Positions 40,613 to 50,903 of a stretch of 64,000 bases of DNA are shown in pieces. Origin of the DNA: Candidatus Avimonas merdigallinarum (GTDB taxonomy: Bacteria > Bacillota > Clostridia > Oscillospirales > Acutalibacteraceae); contig CAJFGS010000001.1 in the NCBI GenBank assembly GCA_904377855.1, forward strand, positions 42,538-106,537, in the 5' to 3' direction. The notes under the pieces were generated by a model. The model was given only the letters and a program-made list of their open reading frames with translations, was not told the DNA's origin and did no database searches. A program made the position numbers and the translations under genes. Every line of letters begins with the position of its first letter. Position 1 is the first letter of the stretch.

Positions 40613-41257
40613 ATGATGGAATGGTGGAACGCGCTGTCCACAATGCAGCAGGTATTTTACATTCTCGCCATCCCCTCGACCATTATCCTCGTGCTTCAGA
40701 CCGTCCTGCTCCTCTTCGGGGTGGGCGGGAACCACGACGCGGACGGGGCCGACGCCGGCGGGACGGCGGACGGCGACGTTTCCGCGGAAACCGATCCGGA
40801 CGGCAGCTTTGTCCCGGAGCATGACGCGCCCTATGACCAGGGGCCGGCGCACGAGGCGGGCCTGCGCATCCTGACGGTGCGGGGCGTGGTCGCCTTTCTC
40901 GCCATCTGCGGCTGGGTAGGCGTCGCGGCGCTGGATATGGGCGCGGCCCCTCTCCTCGCCACCGTCCTGGCGGTGATCGCCGGGCTTGCGGCCATGGTGC
41001 TGGTTGCGCTCGCGCTCCGCTTCTCCCTGAAGATGCAGCAGAGCGGCAACCTCGATCTGAAAAACGCCGTCGGCCTGACCGGGGAGGTGTACGTCCCCAT
41101 CCCCCGCGGCGGCAAGGGGAAGGTGACGCTGACGGTGCAGGACCGGTTCGTGGAGCTGGATGCGGTCTGTCCCGAACGGGAACTCGCGGTCGGAGAAGCC
41201 GTCAAGGTGACCGGCATCACGTCCAACCACACCCTGATTGTCACCCCTCTTGCGTAA
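40613..41257 (+). CDS. NfeD-family membrane protein (short form, OB-fold C-terminus)
   Basis: TM helices plus C-terminal NfeD OB-fold (GLTGEVYVPIPRGGKGKVTLTVQDRFVELDAV); immediately upstream of a flotillin gene. Confidence 0.75.
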   Translation: MMEWWNALSTMQQVFYILAIPSTIILVLQTVLLLFGVGGNHDADGADAGGTADGDVSAETDPDGSFVPEHDAPYDQGPAHEAGLRILTVRGVVAFLAICGWVGVAALDMGAAPLLATVLAVIAGLAAMVLVALALRFSLKMQQSGNLDLKNAVGLTGEVYVPIPRGGKGKVTLTVQDRFVELDAVCPERELAVGEAVKVTGITSNHTLIVTPLA

Positions 41258-41336
41258 TCCGTCTGCCCTGCGGACGCGGCGTCCGCGAAATGTGTCTCTA
41301 ATTTACCCCATTTAAGTTAAAGGAGTGTGTAAGCCC

Positions 41337-42773
41337 ATGTTGTATCCCCTGCTCGCAGCTTCCATCCCCCCTACGGCGCTGATCGCGGTGGTCGTCGCGG
41401 TCATCCTGGTGTTCAGCCTGATCCTGGTATTCATGTCCCGGTTCCGCCGCTGCCCGTCCGACAAGGTCATGGTCATTTACGGTAAGGTCGGCCAGAACAA
41501 GGACGGCTCCGCCCGGTCCGCCAAGTGCATCCACGGCGGCGCGGCCTTTATCGTGCCGGTGGTGCAGGCGTACGAGTACCTCGACCTGACCCCGATTTCC
41601 ATCAGCGTCGATCTGAAAAACGCCCTCTCCCGGCAGAACATCCGCATCGACGTCCCCGCCCGGTTTACGGTGGGGATCTCCACCGAAGCCGGCGTCATGC
41701 AGAACGCGGCGGAGCGGCTGCTCGGGCTGAAGCTGCAGGAAATCCAGGAGCTGGCCAAGGACATCATCTTCGGCCAGATGCGCCTCATCATCGCCACCAT
41801 GCAGATTGAGGAAATCAATACTGACCGGGACAAATTCCTGGAGGCGGTGTCCCGCTGCGTCGAAACCGAACTGAAGAAAATCGGCCTGCGGCTGATTAAC
41901 GTCAACGTCACCGACATCAGCGACGAGTCGGGCTACATCGAGGCCCTGGGTAAGGAAGCGGCCGCCAAAGCGATCAACGAGGCCCGCATCAGCGTGGCCG
42001 AACGCAACCGCGAAGGGTCCATCGGTGAAGCCAACGCCGTGCGCGACCAGCGCATCTCGGTGGCGGCGGCCAACGCCGCGGCGGTGGACGGCGAAAACAC
42101 CTCGAAGGCAAACATCGCGCAATCCGACGCGACCCGGCGCGAGCTGGAAGCCGAAGCGACCCGCCGCGCGGTCATTGCCGAAAAGACGGCGGAGGCTAAG
42201 GCAAAGCAGGAGGCCTATGCCGCCGAACAGCTGGCGGAACAGGCCCGTGCCGACCGGGAACTTGCCACCCAGCAGGCCGACGTTATCGTCAAGGCCCGCA
42301 TTGAAAAGGAGCGCATGGAACTGGAAGCCGAAGCCGAAGCGGAACAGGCCCGGCGCCTTGCCAAGGGTGAAGCGGACGCCATCTACGCCAAGATGGAGGC
42401 GCAGGCCCGCGGTATCCAGGAAATCCTGTCCAAGCAGGCCGAAGGCTTTGCGGACGTGGTGAAGGCCGCCGGCAGCGCCGATTCCGCCGTGCAGCTTATG
42501 CTGGTCGACAAGATCGAGGAACTGGTCAAGATCCAGGTGGAAGCGGTCAAGAACCTGAACATCGACAAGGTGACGGTCTGGGACAGCATGAACGGCAAGG
42601 ACGGGGCCTCTACCACTGCCAACTTCCTGTCCAGCATGATGAAGTCCATCCCGCCCCTGAACGAAACCTTCAAGATGGCCGGTCTGCAGATTCCCGCCTT
42701 CCTCGGCACGGAACTGGAGGAGAAAAAGGCGGTCGAAGCTGCGCAGACGGCGGAACCCGAACAGAAAGCGTAA
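41337..42773 (+). CDS. Flotillin-like SPFH-domain protein (FloT/YqiK family)
   Basis: N-terminal TM, SPFH/band-7 domain, long Ala/Glu-rich coiled-coil (EAxx repeats); ATG at 41337. Confidence 0.85.
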   Translation: MLYPLLAASIPPTALIAVVVAVILVFSLILVFMSRFRRCPSDKVMVIYGKVGQNKDGSARSAKCIHGGAAFIVPVVQAYEYLDLTPISISVDLKNALSRQNIRIDVPARFTVGISTEAGVMQNAAERLLGLKLQEIQELAKDIIFGQMRLIIATMQIEEINTDRDKFLEAVSRCVETELKKIGLRLINVNVTDISDESGYIEALGKEAAAKAINEARISVAERNREGSIGEANAVRDQRISVAAANAAAVDGENTSKANIAQSDATRRELEAEATRRAVIAEKTAEAKAKQEAYAAEQLAEQARADRELATQQADVIVKARIEKERMELEAEAEAEQARRLAKGEADAIYAKMEAQARGIQEILSKQAEGFADVVKAAGSADSAVQLMLVDKIEELVKIQVEAVKNLNIDKVTVWDSMNGKDGASTTANFLSSMMKSIPPLNETFKMAGLQIPAFLGTELEEKKAVEAAQTAEPEQKA

Positions 42774-42793
42774 AAACATAAATGATGCAGAAA

Positions 42794-42832
42794 GCGCCCC
42801 CGGCTTCCGCCGGGGGCGCTTGTGCGTTTTTA
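42794..42832. terminator. Bidirectional rho-independent terminator between flotillin gene and P-type ATPase gene
   Basis: GCGCCCCCGGC-ttcc-GCCGGGGGCGC with T-runs on the plus strand and A-run upstream. Confidence 0.7.
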
Positions 42833-42875
42833 ACTGTGCTTTTTTAAAGAAGAAGATATCCGGGAAAAGCAAGCT

Positions 42876-45542
42876 TTATTTTCCGGTTTCCTTCCCGCGG
42901 TTTAAGCGCCGGAGGAGGGCCTGCACCCCTTTGACGATTTCCATCACCACCAGCGGGGCGATTGCCAGCCCGGCTACCACGCCCCAGGCCTCGCCGGAAA
43001 GGGCGGTGATGCCGAACAGGGACTGGAGCGGCCCCACCAGCAGGACCACCAGCATCAGGGCCAGGGAGACGGCAAACGCGCCGAGCATATACTTGTTCGT
43101 ATGGAATCCGGCGCGGAACAGGGAGTGGCTGCTGCGCACGTTAAACGCATGCACCAGCTGGGAAAGGGCCAGGGTGGCAAACGCCATCCCCTCCCCGAGG
43201 GGGATGTTCACCCCGCCGCCCGGCAGGGTGAATATCCGCGAACCGATAAAGTAGGCGGCCAGGGTGAGAAGGCCTATCATCATCCCCTGCCAAATGGCGG
43301 CCACGCCGAGCCCGCCGGCAAAGATCGATTCGGTCTTTTTCCGCGGCTTCCGGGTCATCACGTCGAATTCCACCGGCTCCATGCCGAGCGCCAGGGCGGG
43401 CAGCGAGTCGGTCACCAGGTTGATCCAGAGCAGCTGGATCGGCAGCAGCGGGGATTCCCGCCAGACCAGCATAGCGACAAAGACGGTGAGAATCTCCCCC
43501 AGGTTGCAGGAAAGCAGAAAATGCACCGCCTTGCGGATATTGTCGTAGATCCCGCGGCCTTCCTTGACCGCGGTAACGATGGTGGCGAAATTGTCGTCGG
43601 TCAGGGTCATATCGGCCGCGCCCTTGGCCACGTCGGTGCCGGTAATCCCCATGGCGCAGCCGATGTCCGCCGCTTTAAGGGCGGGGGCGTCGTTCACGCC
43701 GTCCCCGGTCATCGCCACGATTTCCCCGGCCCGCTGCCAGGCCTTCACGATCCGGATCTTATCTGCCGGCGTGACCCGGGCGTACACCCGGTAGCGGCGG
43801 ATATTTTCATACAGCTCGTCGTCGCTGAGCTTCGCAAGTTCGGTACCGGTAATCGCCTCGCTGTCGTCGTGCAGAATCCCGAGTTCCCGCGCGATCGCGG
43901 CGGCGGTGGTCACATGGTCGCCGGTGATCATCACCGTACGGATCCCCGCGGTGTCGCATTCCGCGATGGAGGCGGTCACCTCCGGGCGGGGCGGGTCGAT
44001 CATGCCGAGCAGACCGCCGAAGGTCAGCCCGTTTTCCATCTCTTCCGGCCTGCAGTCCAGCGGCGCGTCTTCCTCCAGGGTCTTGTATCCCAGGGCGAGG
44101 ACCCGCAGCGCATCCCGGGCCATCTCCTCGTTGGCGGCCGCTGCCGCCTTCAAGTCGCCCGCAACGCAGCGGCCCAGCAGGATATCCGGCGCCCCCTTGA
44201 CGATGACCACCCGCCGTCCATGGATGAGGTTGACGGTGGTCATCAGCTTCCGGTCGGAGTCGAAGGGGATTTCCCCCAGGCGAGGATGTTCGCTGACCAA
44301 ATCGTCCTTCGGCATCCCGCAGCGCAGGGCAGCGGCGACAATGGCGGTTTCGGTCGGATCGCCCAGATGCTTCTCCGCCCCGTCCACGATCTGCACCGTA
44401 CCGTCGGTGCACAGCGTCCCCATCCGGAGGAGTGCCAGCACGCTGTCCGGCGCCTTCTCCGACAAGGAAACGGTTTCTTTCCCGTCAAACACCTTCACCA
44501 GGGTCATCCGGTTCTGGGTAAGGGTGCCGGTCTTATCCGAGCAGATGACCGACGCGCTCCCCAGGGTTTCCACCGCGGGCAGGCGGCGGATGATGGCGTT
44601 TTTGGCCACCATGCGCTGCACCCCGATGGCGAGCACGATGGTGACAATGGCGGGCAGCCCCTCGGGAATGGCGGCCACGGCGAGGGAGACCGCCGTCATG
44701 AACATATCCAGCGGGGGCAGCCGGTCAATCAGCCCGACAATAAAGATGATAACGCAGATCCCAAGCGCCAGGAACCCGAGGCTTTTCCCCAGCCGCGCCA
44801 GCTTTTCCTGCAGCGGGGTGGCGGATTCCTTCTCGTTGTCCAGCATGGTGGCGATTTTTCCCATTTCGGTGCTCATGCCGGTCTCCACCACCACGCCGCG
44901 GGCGTGGCCGTAGGATACCGGGCAGCCGGAATAGGCCATATTCACCCGGTCGCCCAGCGGGGCGATATCCGGCACCGACGCCTGCGCGTCCTTGGACGCC
45001 GGCACCGATTCGCCGGTCAGGGCGGCCTCGTCGCACTGGAAGCGGGCGGTCTCCAGCAGGCGGCAGTCGGCGGGGACCAGATCCCCCGCCTCCATCTCCA
45101 CGATGTCGCCGGGCACCAGATCGGTGGCCTTCACGGTCTGGAGGGTCCCGTCCCGCAGGACGCGGGCCTCCGGCGCGGAAAGGTTTTTAAGCGCTTCCAG
45201 CGCCGCTTCCGCCTTGCTTTCCTGGATAACGCCGAGCAGGGCGTTTATCAGCACGATGGCGATGATGACGATAGGCTCTATCCAGTCGGCCTCCCCGCCG
45301 GTGACCGCATTGTAGATACTCAGGCCCAGGGAAACGGCGGCCGCAATAATCAGGATAATCACCATTACGTCCTTCAGCTGGTCGAGGAAACGCTGAAAAA
45401 AAGTACGGGGGGCTTTCTCCTGCAGTTTGTTCGGCCCATACGCCTGCAGGCGCTCCGCCGCCGCCTCCGTCGTCAGGCCGGCCTTAGGATCGGAACCGAG
45501 ATTCCCAAGCACCTTATCGACTTGTTCGCTGTACCAGATCAC
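42876..45542 (-). CDS. Cation-transporting P-type ATPase (P2-type, Ca2+-ATPase-like)
   Basis: 888 aa; phosphorylation motif SDKTGTLTQN, TGES, GDGVNDAPAL, 10 TM segments. Confidence 0.9.
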   Translation of the reverse strand: MIWYSEQVDKVLGNLGSDPKAGLTTEAAAERLQAYGPNKLQEKAPRTFFQRFLDQLKDVMVIILIIAAAVSLGLSIYNAVTGGEADWIEPIVIIAIVLINALLGVIQESKAEAALEALKNLSAPEARVLRDGTLQTVKATDLVPGDIVEMEAGDLVPADCRLLETARFQCDEAALTGESVPASKDAQASVPDIAPLGDRVNMAYSGCPVSYGHARGVVVETGMSTEMGKIATMLDNEKESATPLQEKLARLGKSLGFLALGICVIIFIVGLIDRLPPLDMFMTAVSLAVAAIPEGLPAIVTIVLAIGVQRMVAKNAIIRRLPAVETLGSASVICSDKTGTLTQNRMTLVKVFDGKETVSLSEKAPDSVLALLRMGTLCTDGTVQIVDGAEKHLGDPTETAIVAAALRCGMPKDDLVSEHPRLGEIPFDSDRKLMTTVNLIHGRRVVIVKGAPDILLGRCVAGDLKAAAAANEEMARDALRVLALGYKTLEEDAPLDCRPEEMENGLTFGGLLGMIDPPRPEVTASIAECDTAGIRTVMITGDHVTTAAAIARELGILHDDSEAITGTELAKLSDDELYENIRRYRVYARVTPADKIRIVKAWQRAGEIVAMTGDGVNDAPALKAADIGCAMGITGTDVAKGAADMTLTDDNFATIVTAVKEGRGIYDNIRKAVHFLLSCNLGEILTVFVAMLVWRESPLLPIQLLWINLVTDSLPALALGMEPVEFDVMTRKPRKKTESIFAGGLGVAAIWQGMMIGLLTLAAYFIGSRIFTLPGGGVNIPLGEGMAFATLALSQLVHAFNVRSSHSLFRAGFHTNKYMLGAFAVSLALMLVVLLVGPLQSLFGITALSGEAWGVVAGLAIAPLVVMEIVKGVQALLRRLNRGKETGK

Positions 45543-45808
45543 CGGGTAATTCCTCCTTTACACATTTTCCCAGCGGGCGTTTCCCGTTGGAATCTCCGAT
45601 TTTACGATAATGAAAAATATTATACCGCATTTTTTATAAAGTGCCAATGGGGAATGAGAAAAATTTGTGAAATTATTGCGGAACTCCCTTTCCAATTCTC
45701 TGTCCTTGTCAAGAGGAGACAGGGAGATTATAATAAATTATATTAAGACACGGACCGGGATACATATAAGCCGGCCGGACTCAATTTTTCGGAGAGGGGT
45801 AGGCGCCT

Positions 45809-47113
45809 GTGGCGGAACATCGGTCGGCGGATTGCGGGATTATCGGGGGCGGCGCGGCCGGGTTGGCGGCCGCGGCCTTCCTTTCCTGCTTGTCGGGAGG
45901 CACGGTCTCGTCGGTGATACTGGAAAAGGGGGTGCGGGTCGGCCGGAAGCTGCTGGCCACCGGGAACGGCACCTGCAACCTGAGCAATATCCACGCGGCG
46001 CCCCCCTACTACCATGGGGCGGAGCCGGATTTTGCCCGGCCGGCGCTGTCCGCCTTCCCGCCAGAAGAAGCCACGGCCTTCTTCACCTCGATCGGGGTGG
46101 AATGCCATCAGCGGGAGGACGGGCGGATCTACCCGCTGTGCGCCCAGGCAGGCGCAGTGCTCGACTGCCTGCGGCTGACCCTCGCCGCGGCAGGGGTACG
46201 GGAGGAATGCGGCGCGCCGGTGACCGCGATCCACCCCGGACGGGACGGCTTCCGGATTGAACGGGAAGGGGCGGAGCCTTGGTATGTCCGGCGGGTGCTG
46301 GTCTGTACAGGGGGTGCCGCCTCCCCCTCCCTGGGCGGGGGGACGGACGGCTACGGGCTGCTGGGGGCGCTTGGGCATCCCCGCACCCCGCTCTTTCCCT
46401 CCATTGTCCAGGTGAAAACCGACGTCGCCTTTGTCAAGGCGGTCAAGGGGATCCGGGCCGACGCGGAACTCCGGTTTGAACGGGACGGGCGGCCTGTCGC
46501 GCGGGAAACGGGGGAAATCCTCTTCACCGAATACGGCCTGTCGGGGCCGGCAGTGATGCAGATCTCCCGCTGCGTGGCCGATTGGGAACGGCGGCGGGAG
46601 GGGGAGATGGCAGCGGTGCTCAACATCCTGCCCGACCTGGACAAGAAGGAACTGGCGGCTTCCCTGCGCCGGCGGGCGGCTCTCCCGGGCCGGACGGCGG
46701 GGGATCTGCTGACCGGCTTGGTCCATAAGCGGCTGGGGCAGACCGTGCTGCGCGCCGCCGGGTATACGGACTTGAACGCGCCGGTTTCCGCCCTGCGGGA
46801 GGCCGATCTCCGCCGGATCGCGGCGGGGCTGACAGCGTGGCGGATCCCGGTGCAGGGCACGCAGGGGATGGGCGGCGCCCAGGTGACTGCCGGCGGGGTG
46901 GAAACTGCCGGGTTCGATCCGGTGACGATGGAATCCCGCAAGGTTCCCGGCCTGTACGCGGCGGGCGAGGTGCTGGATATCGACGGGGACTGCGGCGGCT
47001 ATAATCTGCAGTGGGCGTGGGCGTCCGCCCATGCCGCTGCCTCTGCAATGGTCCGTTCCCTGTCTGCCGGCGGGGCGCCGGGAGGACGAAAAAAAGGAGG
47101 AAACGGGCGATGA
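45809..47113 (+). CDS. NAD(P)/FAD-dependent oxidoreductase, BaiN/HI0933 family
   Basis: GIIGGGAAGL dinucleotide fold and GRKLLATGNGTCNLSN family hallmark; GTG start after GGAGAGGGG. Confidence 0.8.
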   Translation: MAEHRSADCGIIGGGAAGLAAAAFLSCLSGGTVSSVILEKGVRVGRKLLATGNGTCNLSNIHAAPPYYHGAEPDFARPALSAFPPEEATAFFTSIGVECHQREDGRIYPLCAQAGAVLDCLRLTLAAAGVREECGAPVTAIHPGRDGFRIEREGAEPWYVRRVLVCTGGAASPSLGGGTDGYGLLGALGHPRTPLFPSIVQVKTDVAFVKAVKGIRADAELRFERDGRPVARETGEILFTEYGLSGPAVMQISRCVADWERRREGEMAAVLNILPDLDKKELAASLRRRAALPGRTAGDLLTGLVHKRLGQTVLRAAGYTDLNAPVSALREADLRRIAAGLTAWRIPVQGTQGMGGAQVTAGGVETAGFDPVTMESRKVPGLYAAGEVLDIDGDCGGYNLQWAWASAHAAASAMVRSLSAGGAPGGRKKGGNGR

Positions 47114-48732
47114 TCCGTATCAGCAATCTATCCCTTCCGCTTTCGTACACCGACGGGGATCTGCGGGCAGCGGTCTGCCGCCTGCTGTGGATCCGGGCGG
47201 AAGAGATCCGTTCCCTCCGCCGGGCGAAGGTATCGGTGGACGCGCGACACAAGGACCGGCTGTGCTTTGTCGCGGCGGTGGACGTTTCCCTCACGGGGGA
47301 CGAAGAGGCGGCGATCCGCCGCTGCAAAAGCGGGCAGGCAAAGCTTCTGGACGAATCCCCGTACGTCCCGCCCGTCCTCTCCCCCGCCCTCCAATGCGCC
47401 CGGCGGCCAGTGGTAGTGGGAAGCGGGCCGGCCGGCCTTTTCGCCGCGCTGGTGCTGGCCCGGGCGGGGCTGCGGCCGCTCCTGCTGGAACGGGGGCGGG
47501 CTGTGGAGGAGCGGCAGGCGGATGTGGGTCGCTTCCGCCAAACCGGCGTGCTGGACCCCTCTTCCAACGTACAGTTTGGGGAAGGGGGCGCGGGCACCTT
47601 TTCGGACGGGAAGCTGAACACCGGCATCAAAAACCCCCGCTGCCGCTTTGTGCTGGAGCAGCTGGCGGCAGCCGGCGCGCCGGAACGCATCCTGTGGCAG
47701 GCCAAACCCCACGTCGGCACTGATAAGCTGCGGGAAGCGGTGCGGGGGTTGCGGGCGGCCATCCTCGCTGCCGGCGGGGAGGTGCGTTTTTCCCACTGCG
47801 TGCGGGATTTCCTTGTGGAGCGGGGGGCGCTGCGCGGCCTGCTTGTCCACACGCCGGACGGTCCGGTGGAAATCGAAGCGGATCGGGCTGTCCTTGCCAT
47901 CGGGCACAGCGCGCGGGACACCATGGAGGCGCTCTACCGGCGGGGATTGGCGATGGAACCCAAGCCTTTCGCGGTCGGGGTACGCATCGAGCATCCCCGC
48001 GCGATGATTGATAAAAGCCAGTACGGGCCCTTCGCCGGCCATCCCGCGCTGGGGGCGGCCGATTATAAGCTGGCGGTGCGTCCGCGTGGCGGACGGGGGG
48101 TCTATACCTTCTGCATGTGCCCGGGCGGGGTGGTGATCGCCGCCGCCTCCGAAGAAGGGGGCGTGGTGGTCAACGGGATGAGCGAATTTGCGCGGGACGC
48201 GGAAAATTCCAACAGCGCCCTGCTGGTCGGCGTAGGGCCGGAGGACTTCTGCCGGGCCGGGGAGGCGGGGAACCCCCTGGCCGGCATCGCCTTCCAGCGT
48301 CGGCTGGAGCAGGCGGCCTACCGCCTGGGCGGGGGCGGATACCGCGCGCCCGCCCAGCTGGCGGGGGATTTCCTCGCGGGGAGGGCTTCGACCGGATTCG
48401 GAGATGTAAAGCCATCCTACTTGCCAGGAGTAGTCCCCGCCGATCTGCGGGAATGCCTGCCCGGTTTCGTCGCGGATTCCCTGCGGGCGGCCCTCCCAAT
48501 GATGGGAAGGCAGATCGCCGGATTCGACCGCCCGGATGCCGTGCTCACCGGGGTGGAGTCCCGCAGTTCCTCGCCGGTGCGGATCCTGCGGGACGAACGG
48601 GCGCAGGCTACTATCGCCGGGATTTTCCCCTGCGGGGAAGGCGCGGGCTATGCCGGCGGCATTGTGTCCGCAGCGGTAGACGGGGTAGTATGCGCGGAAA
48701 AGCTGATGGCATCGCTGGAATCAGGCGGATAA
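47110..48732 (+). CDS. FAD-dependent protein (COG2509-type dehydrogenase)
   Basis: Start MIRISNLSL after AAAGGAGG, ATGA overlap with upstream stop; VVVGSGPAGLFAAL Rossmann motif. Confidence 0.75.
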   Translation: MIRISNLSLPLSYTDGDLRAAVCRLLWIRAEEIRSLRRAKVSVDARHKDRLCFVAAVDVSLTGDEEAAIRRCKSGQAKLLDESPYVPPVLSPALQCARRPVVVGSGPAGLFAALVLARAGLRPLLLERGRAVEERQADVGRFRQTGVLDPSSNVQFGEGGAGTFSDGKLNTGIKNPRCRFVLEQLAAAGAPERILWQAKPHVGTDKLREAVRGLRAAILAAGGEVRFSHCVRDFLVERGALRGLLVHTPDGPVEIEADRAVLAIGHSARDTMEALYRRGLAMEPKPFAVGVRIEHPRAMIDKSQYGPFAGHPALGAADYKLAVRPRGGRGVYTFCMCPGGVVIAAASEEGGVVVNGMSEFARDAENSNSALLVGVGPEDFCRAGEAGNPLAGIAFQRRLEQAAYRLGGGGYRAPAQLAGDFLAGRASTGFGDVKPSYLPGVVPADLRECLPGFVADSLRAALPMMGRQIAGFDRPDAVLTGVESRSSSPVRILRDERAQATIAGIFPCGEGAGYAGGIVSAAVDGVVCAEKLMASLESGG

Positions 48733-48749
48733 TCACCAAAGGAGCAACC

Positions 48750-49943
48750 ATGAGGCGAAGAGGAAAACCAAAAGGCTACGGGCTGGTACTGGCCGGAGGA
48801 GGCTGTAAAGGGGTATACCAGATCGGTGCGTGGCGCGCGCTGCGGGAGATGGACATTCCGATTGAATGCGTGGTAGGCACCTCGGTCGGGGCGATGAACG
48901 GCGCGCTGGTCGCGCTGGGCTGCTACGACGGGGCGGTCGAACTTTGGAAGAACATGAGCATCGAAAAGGGTTTCCAGTTTCCGGAACCCCTCAAGGCGCC
49001 AGACGACCTGTTCAGCCTGAAAAACGCCGGCATCATTGTAAAGGAATTATGGAAAAACCACGGGCTAGATATCACGCCCCTCCGCCGGGCGCTGGAGGAA
49101 TTGATTGACGAAGAGGCGCTGCGCGCCTCCCCCGTGGAATACGGGCTGGTCACCTTCGAAGTAACCGGCAAGCGGGGGCGGGAACTGTATAAGGATCAGA
49201 TTCCGCCTGGGAGGATGATGGATTATATAATGGCCAGCGCCGCGTATCCGGGGCTCAAGCGCCCGGAGATCGACGGCAAAACTTTTCTGGACGGCGGGCT
49301 GCACGACAACGTCCCGGTGAAGATGCTTCTCCGCCGCCATTGCGACAACATCGTGGTGGTAAATATCGGGGACTCCGATCTTCCCGCCGATCTGGATCCC
49401 CGCCTGAACCTGCATCACATCAAGCCGAGGGATTCGTTAGGAAAAGCGTTTGCCTTTCGCCCGGAAACGGCGGAATCCAAGATGACTATGGGCCGGTACG
49501 ACGCCCTGCGCTCCTTCGGACGGCTGGCAGGGGAATGGATGTATTTCAACCCCATCGAATACCGTAGCCTCCAGGCGGAGCTGGGCGAGGAAATGGTCAG
49601 CGGCCTGGAGTGCGCCGCCCGGCTGTTCGGCATGGACAACCTGCGGCGATGCTCCACTGCCGCCTTTATCCGGGAGCTAAGGGAATGCGACCGGATTTCC
49701 CGGGAAAAATACCGGACGTTCCGCTCTCGCACGGTTCTCCCGTCTATGGCCAAGGGGCTGGCTAGCGGACAGTCTAAGGAATACGGCCTGACCAGCGATC
49801 TGCTTTTGCAGTTTGCCGAGGAGATGCTGGCAGACGGGGATCACCCACGGGCTCTGGAAATAGCCAGGAAGGCTGCGCCCGATCTGCTCCGCGCGGCCGA
49901 GGCGATGAATACGCTCCGCCGACGCATAGGCCCGGCAGAATAG
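48750..49943 (+). CDS. Patatin-like phospholipase
   Basis: GGGCKG oxyanion motif, GTSVG nucleophile elbow, DGG catalytic Asp; start MRRRGKPKGYG after AAAGGAG (the ORF-track extension is rejected). Confidence 0.85.
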   Translation: MRRRGKPKGYGLVLAGGGCKGVYQIGAWRALREMDIPIECVVGTSVGAMNGALVALGCYDGAVELWKNMSIEKGFQFPEPLKAPDDLFSLKNAGIIVKELWKNHGLDITPLRRALEELIDEEALRASPVEYGLVTFEVTGKRGRELYKDQIPPGRMMDYIMASAAYPGLKRPEIDGKTFLDGGLHDNVPVKMLLRRHCDNIVVVNIGDSDLPADLDPRLNLHHIKPRDSLGKAFAFRPETAESKMTMGRYDALRSFGRLAGEWMYFNPIEYRSLQAELGEEMVSGLECAARLFGMDNLRRCSTAAFIRELRECDRISREKYRTFRSRTVLPSMAKGLASGQSKEYGLTSDLLLQFAEEMLADGDHPRALEIARKAAPDLLRAAEAMNTLRRRIGPAE

Positions 49944-49990
49944 CGACGGGCCGGATTGAGGAAAGTTTTCCAGCGATGGCAATAACCCGG

Positions 49991-50019
49991 TTGCATGAAT
50001 GGAAAAAATAGAGTATACT
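49991..50019 (+). promoter_or_regulatory. Sigma-A promoter TTGCAT-17-TATACT for the hydrogenase-like sensory cluster
   Basis: TTGCATgaatggaaaaaatagagTATACT, about 90 nt upstream of the first DRTGG gene. Confidence 0.6.
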
Positions 50020-50110
50020 ACCGATAAGCGCAGGATTCCCTGGGCGGACAGCCAGAAAAACGGGAGGCGGGCAAACGCCACGCCTCGGTAAAGGCCGGGA
50101 GGTATGGCAA

Positions 50111-50455
50111 ATGACGATTGCCGATGTACGGGAAATTTTGCAGGCGGAAGTTATCACAGGGGAAGAGCATCTGGAAGCCGAAGTACACAACGCCTGCGGC
50201 AGCGACATGATGAGCGACGTGCTGGCCTTTGTAAAGGATCAGTCCGTGCTGCTGACCGGGCTGGTCAATCCCCAGGTCGTCCGGACAGCGGATATGATGG
50301 ACATGGTCTGCATCGTGTTTGTCCGCGGGAAGGAACCGGGAGAGGAAATTGTGGAACTGGCCGCCGATCGGGGGATTGTGCTCATGAAAACCCCTCTGCG
50401 GATGTTTACGGCCTGCGGCCTGCTGTATGAGAAGGGGCTGCGGGGCGGCAACTGA
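50111..50455 (+). CDS. DRTGG-domain protein (paralog 1)
   Basis: 114 aa; DRTGG-like core (GSDMMSDVLAF...SVLLTGLVNPQVVRTADMMDM...VFVRG...AADRGIVLMKT); GGGAGGT RBS. Confidence 0.7.
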   Translation: MTIADVREILQAEVITGEEHLEAEVHNACGSDMMSDVLAFVKDQSVLLTGLVNPQVVRTADMMDMVCIVFVRGKEPGEEIVELAADRGIVLMKTPLRMFTACGLLYEKGLRGGN

Positions 50456-50483
50456 ATCGAACGGGACCGAAGAGGGTGGAAAA

Positions 50484-50903
50484 ATGAATATGAAGTTGCA
50501 TTACGACGTGCCTGGCGACGATTTTACCCGCGCGGGGGAAGCCTCCAGCGCAGTCAAGCGCAAGCTCAAGCAGATGGGCTTTAACCCGGACGTGATCCGC
50601 CGGGTCGCTATCGCCATGTATGAAGGCGAAATCAACATGGTGATCCACGCCGGCGGCGGGGAGGCGGATGTGGAAATCCTCCCCGACCGGGTGACGGCGG
50701 TGCTGACCGACCACGGCCCGGGCATCCCCGACGTGGAGCAGGCGATGCAGGAAGGATGGTCCACCGCCCCGGATAATGTGCGTTCCCTCGGCTTCGGAGC
50801 CGGGATGGGGCTGCCGAACATAAAAAAATATTCCGATACGCTGGAAATACACACCAAGGTGGGCGAAGGAACCGTCCTGACAATTACGGTGCTGGTGAAA
50901 TAG
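50484..50903 (+). CDS. GHKL-type Ser/Thr kinase (RsbW/SpoIIAB-like anti-sigma-factor-type ATPase)
   Basis: N-box EGEINMVIHAGGG, G1 DHGPGIP, G2 GFGAGMGL; start MNMKLHYD. Confidence 0.75.
   Translation: MNMKLHYDVPGDDFTRAGEASSAVKRKLKQMGFNPDVIRRVAIAMYEGEINMVIHAGGGEADVEILPDRVTAVLTDHGPGIPDVEQAMQEGWSTAPDNVRSLGFGAGMGLPNIKKYSDTLEIHTKVGEGTVLTITVLVK

Noticed and set aside
45688-45706. Rex-like operator TTGTGAAATTATTGCGGAA
   Set aside because: Only the left half-site matches TTGTGAA-N6-TTCACAA; the right half is absent.
43101-45746. 881-aa plus-strand ORF
   Set aside because: Antisense to the P-type ATPase gene.
50427-50483. N-terminal extension of the GHKL kinase ORF (MRRGCGAATESNGTEEGGK)
   Set aside because: Overlaps the DRTGG gene end and lacks an RBS. 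The start at MNMKLHYD fits the family length.
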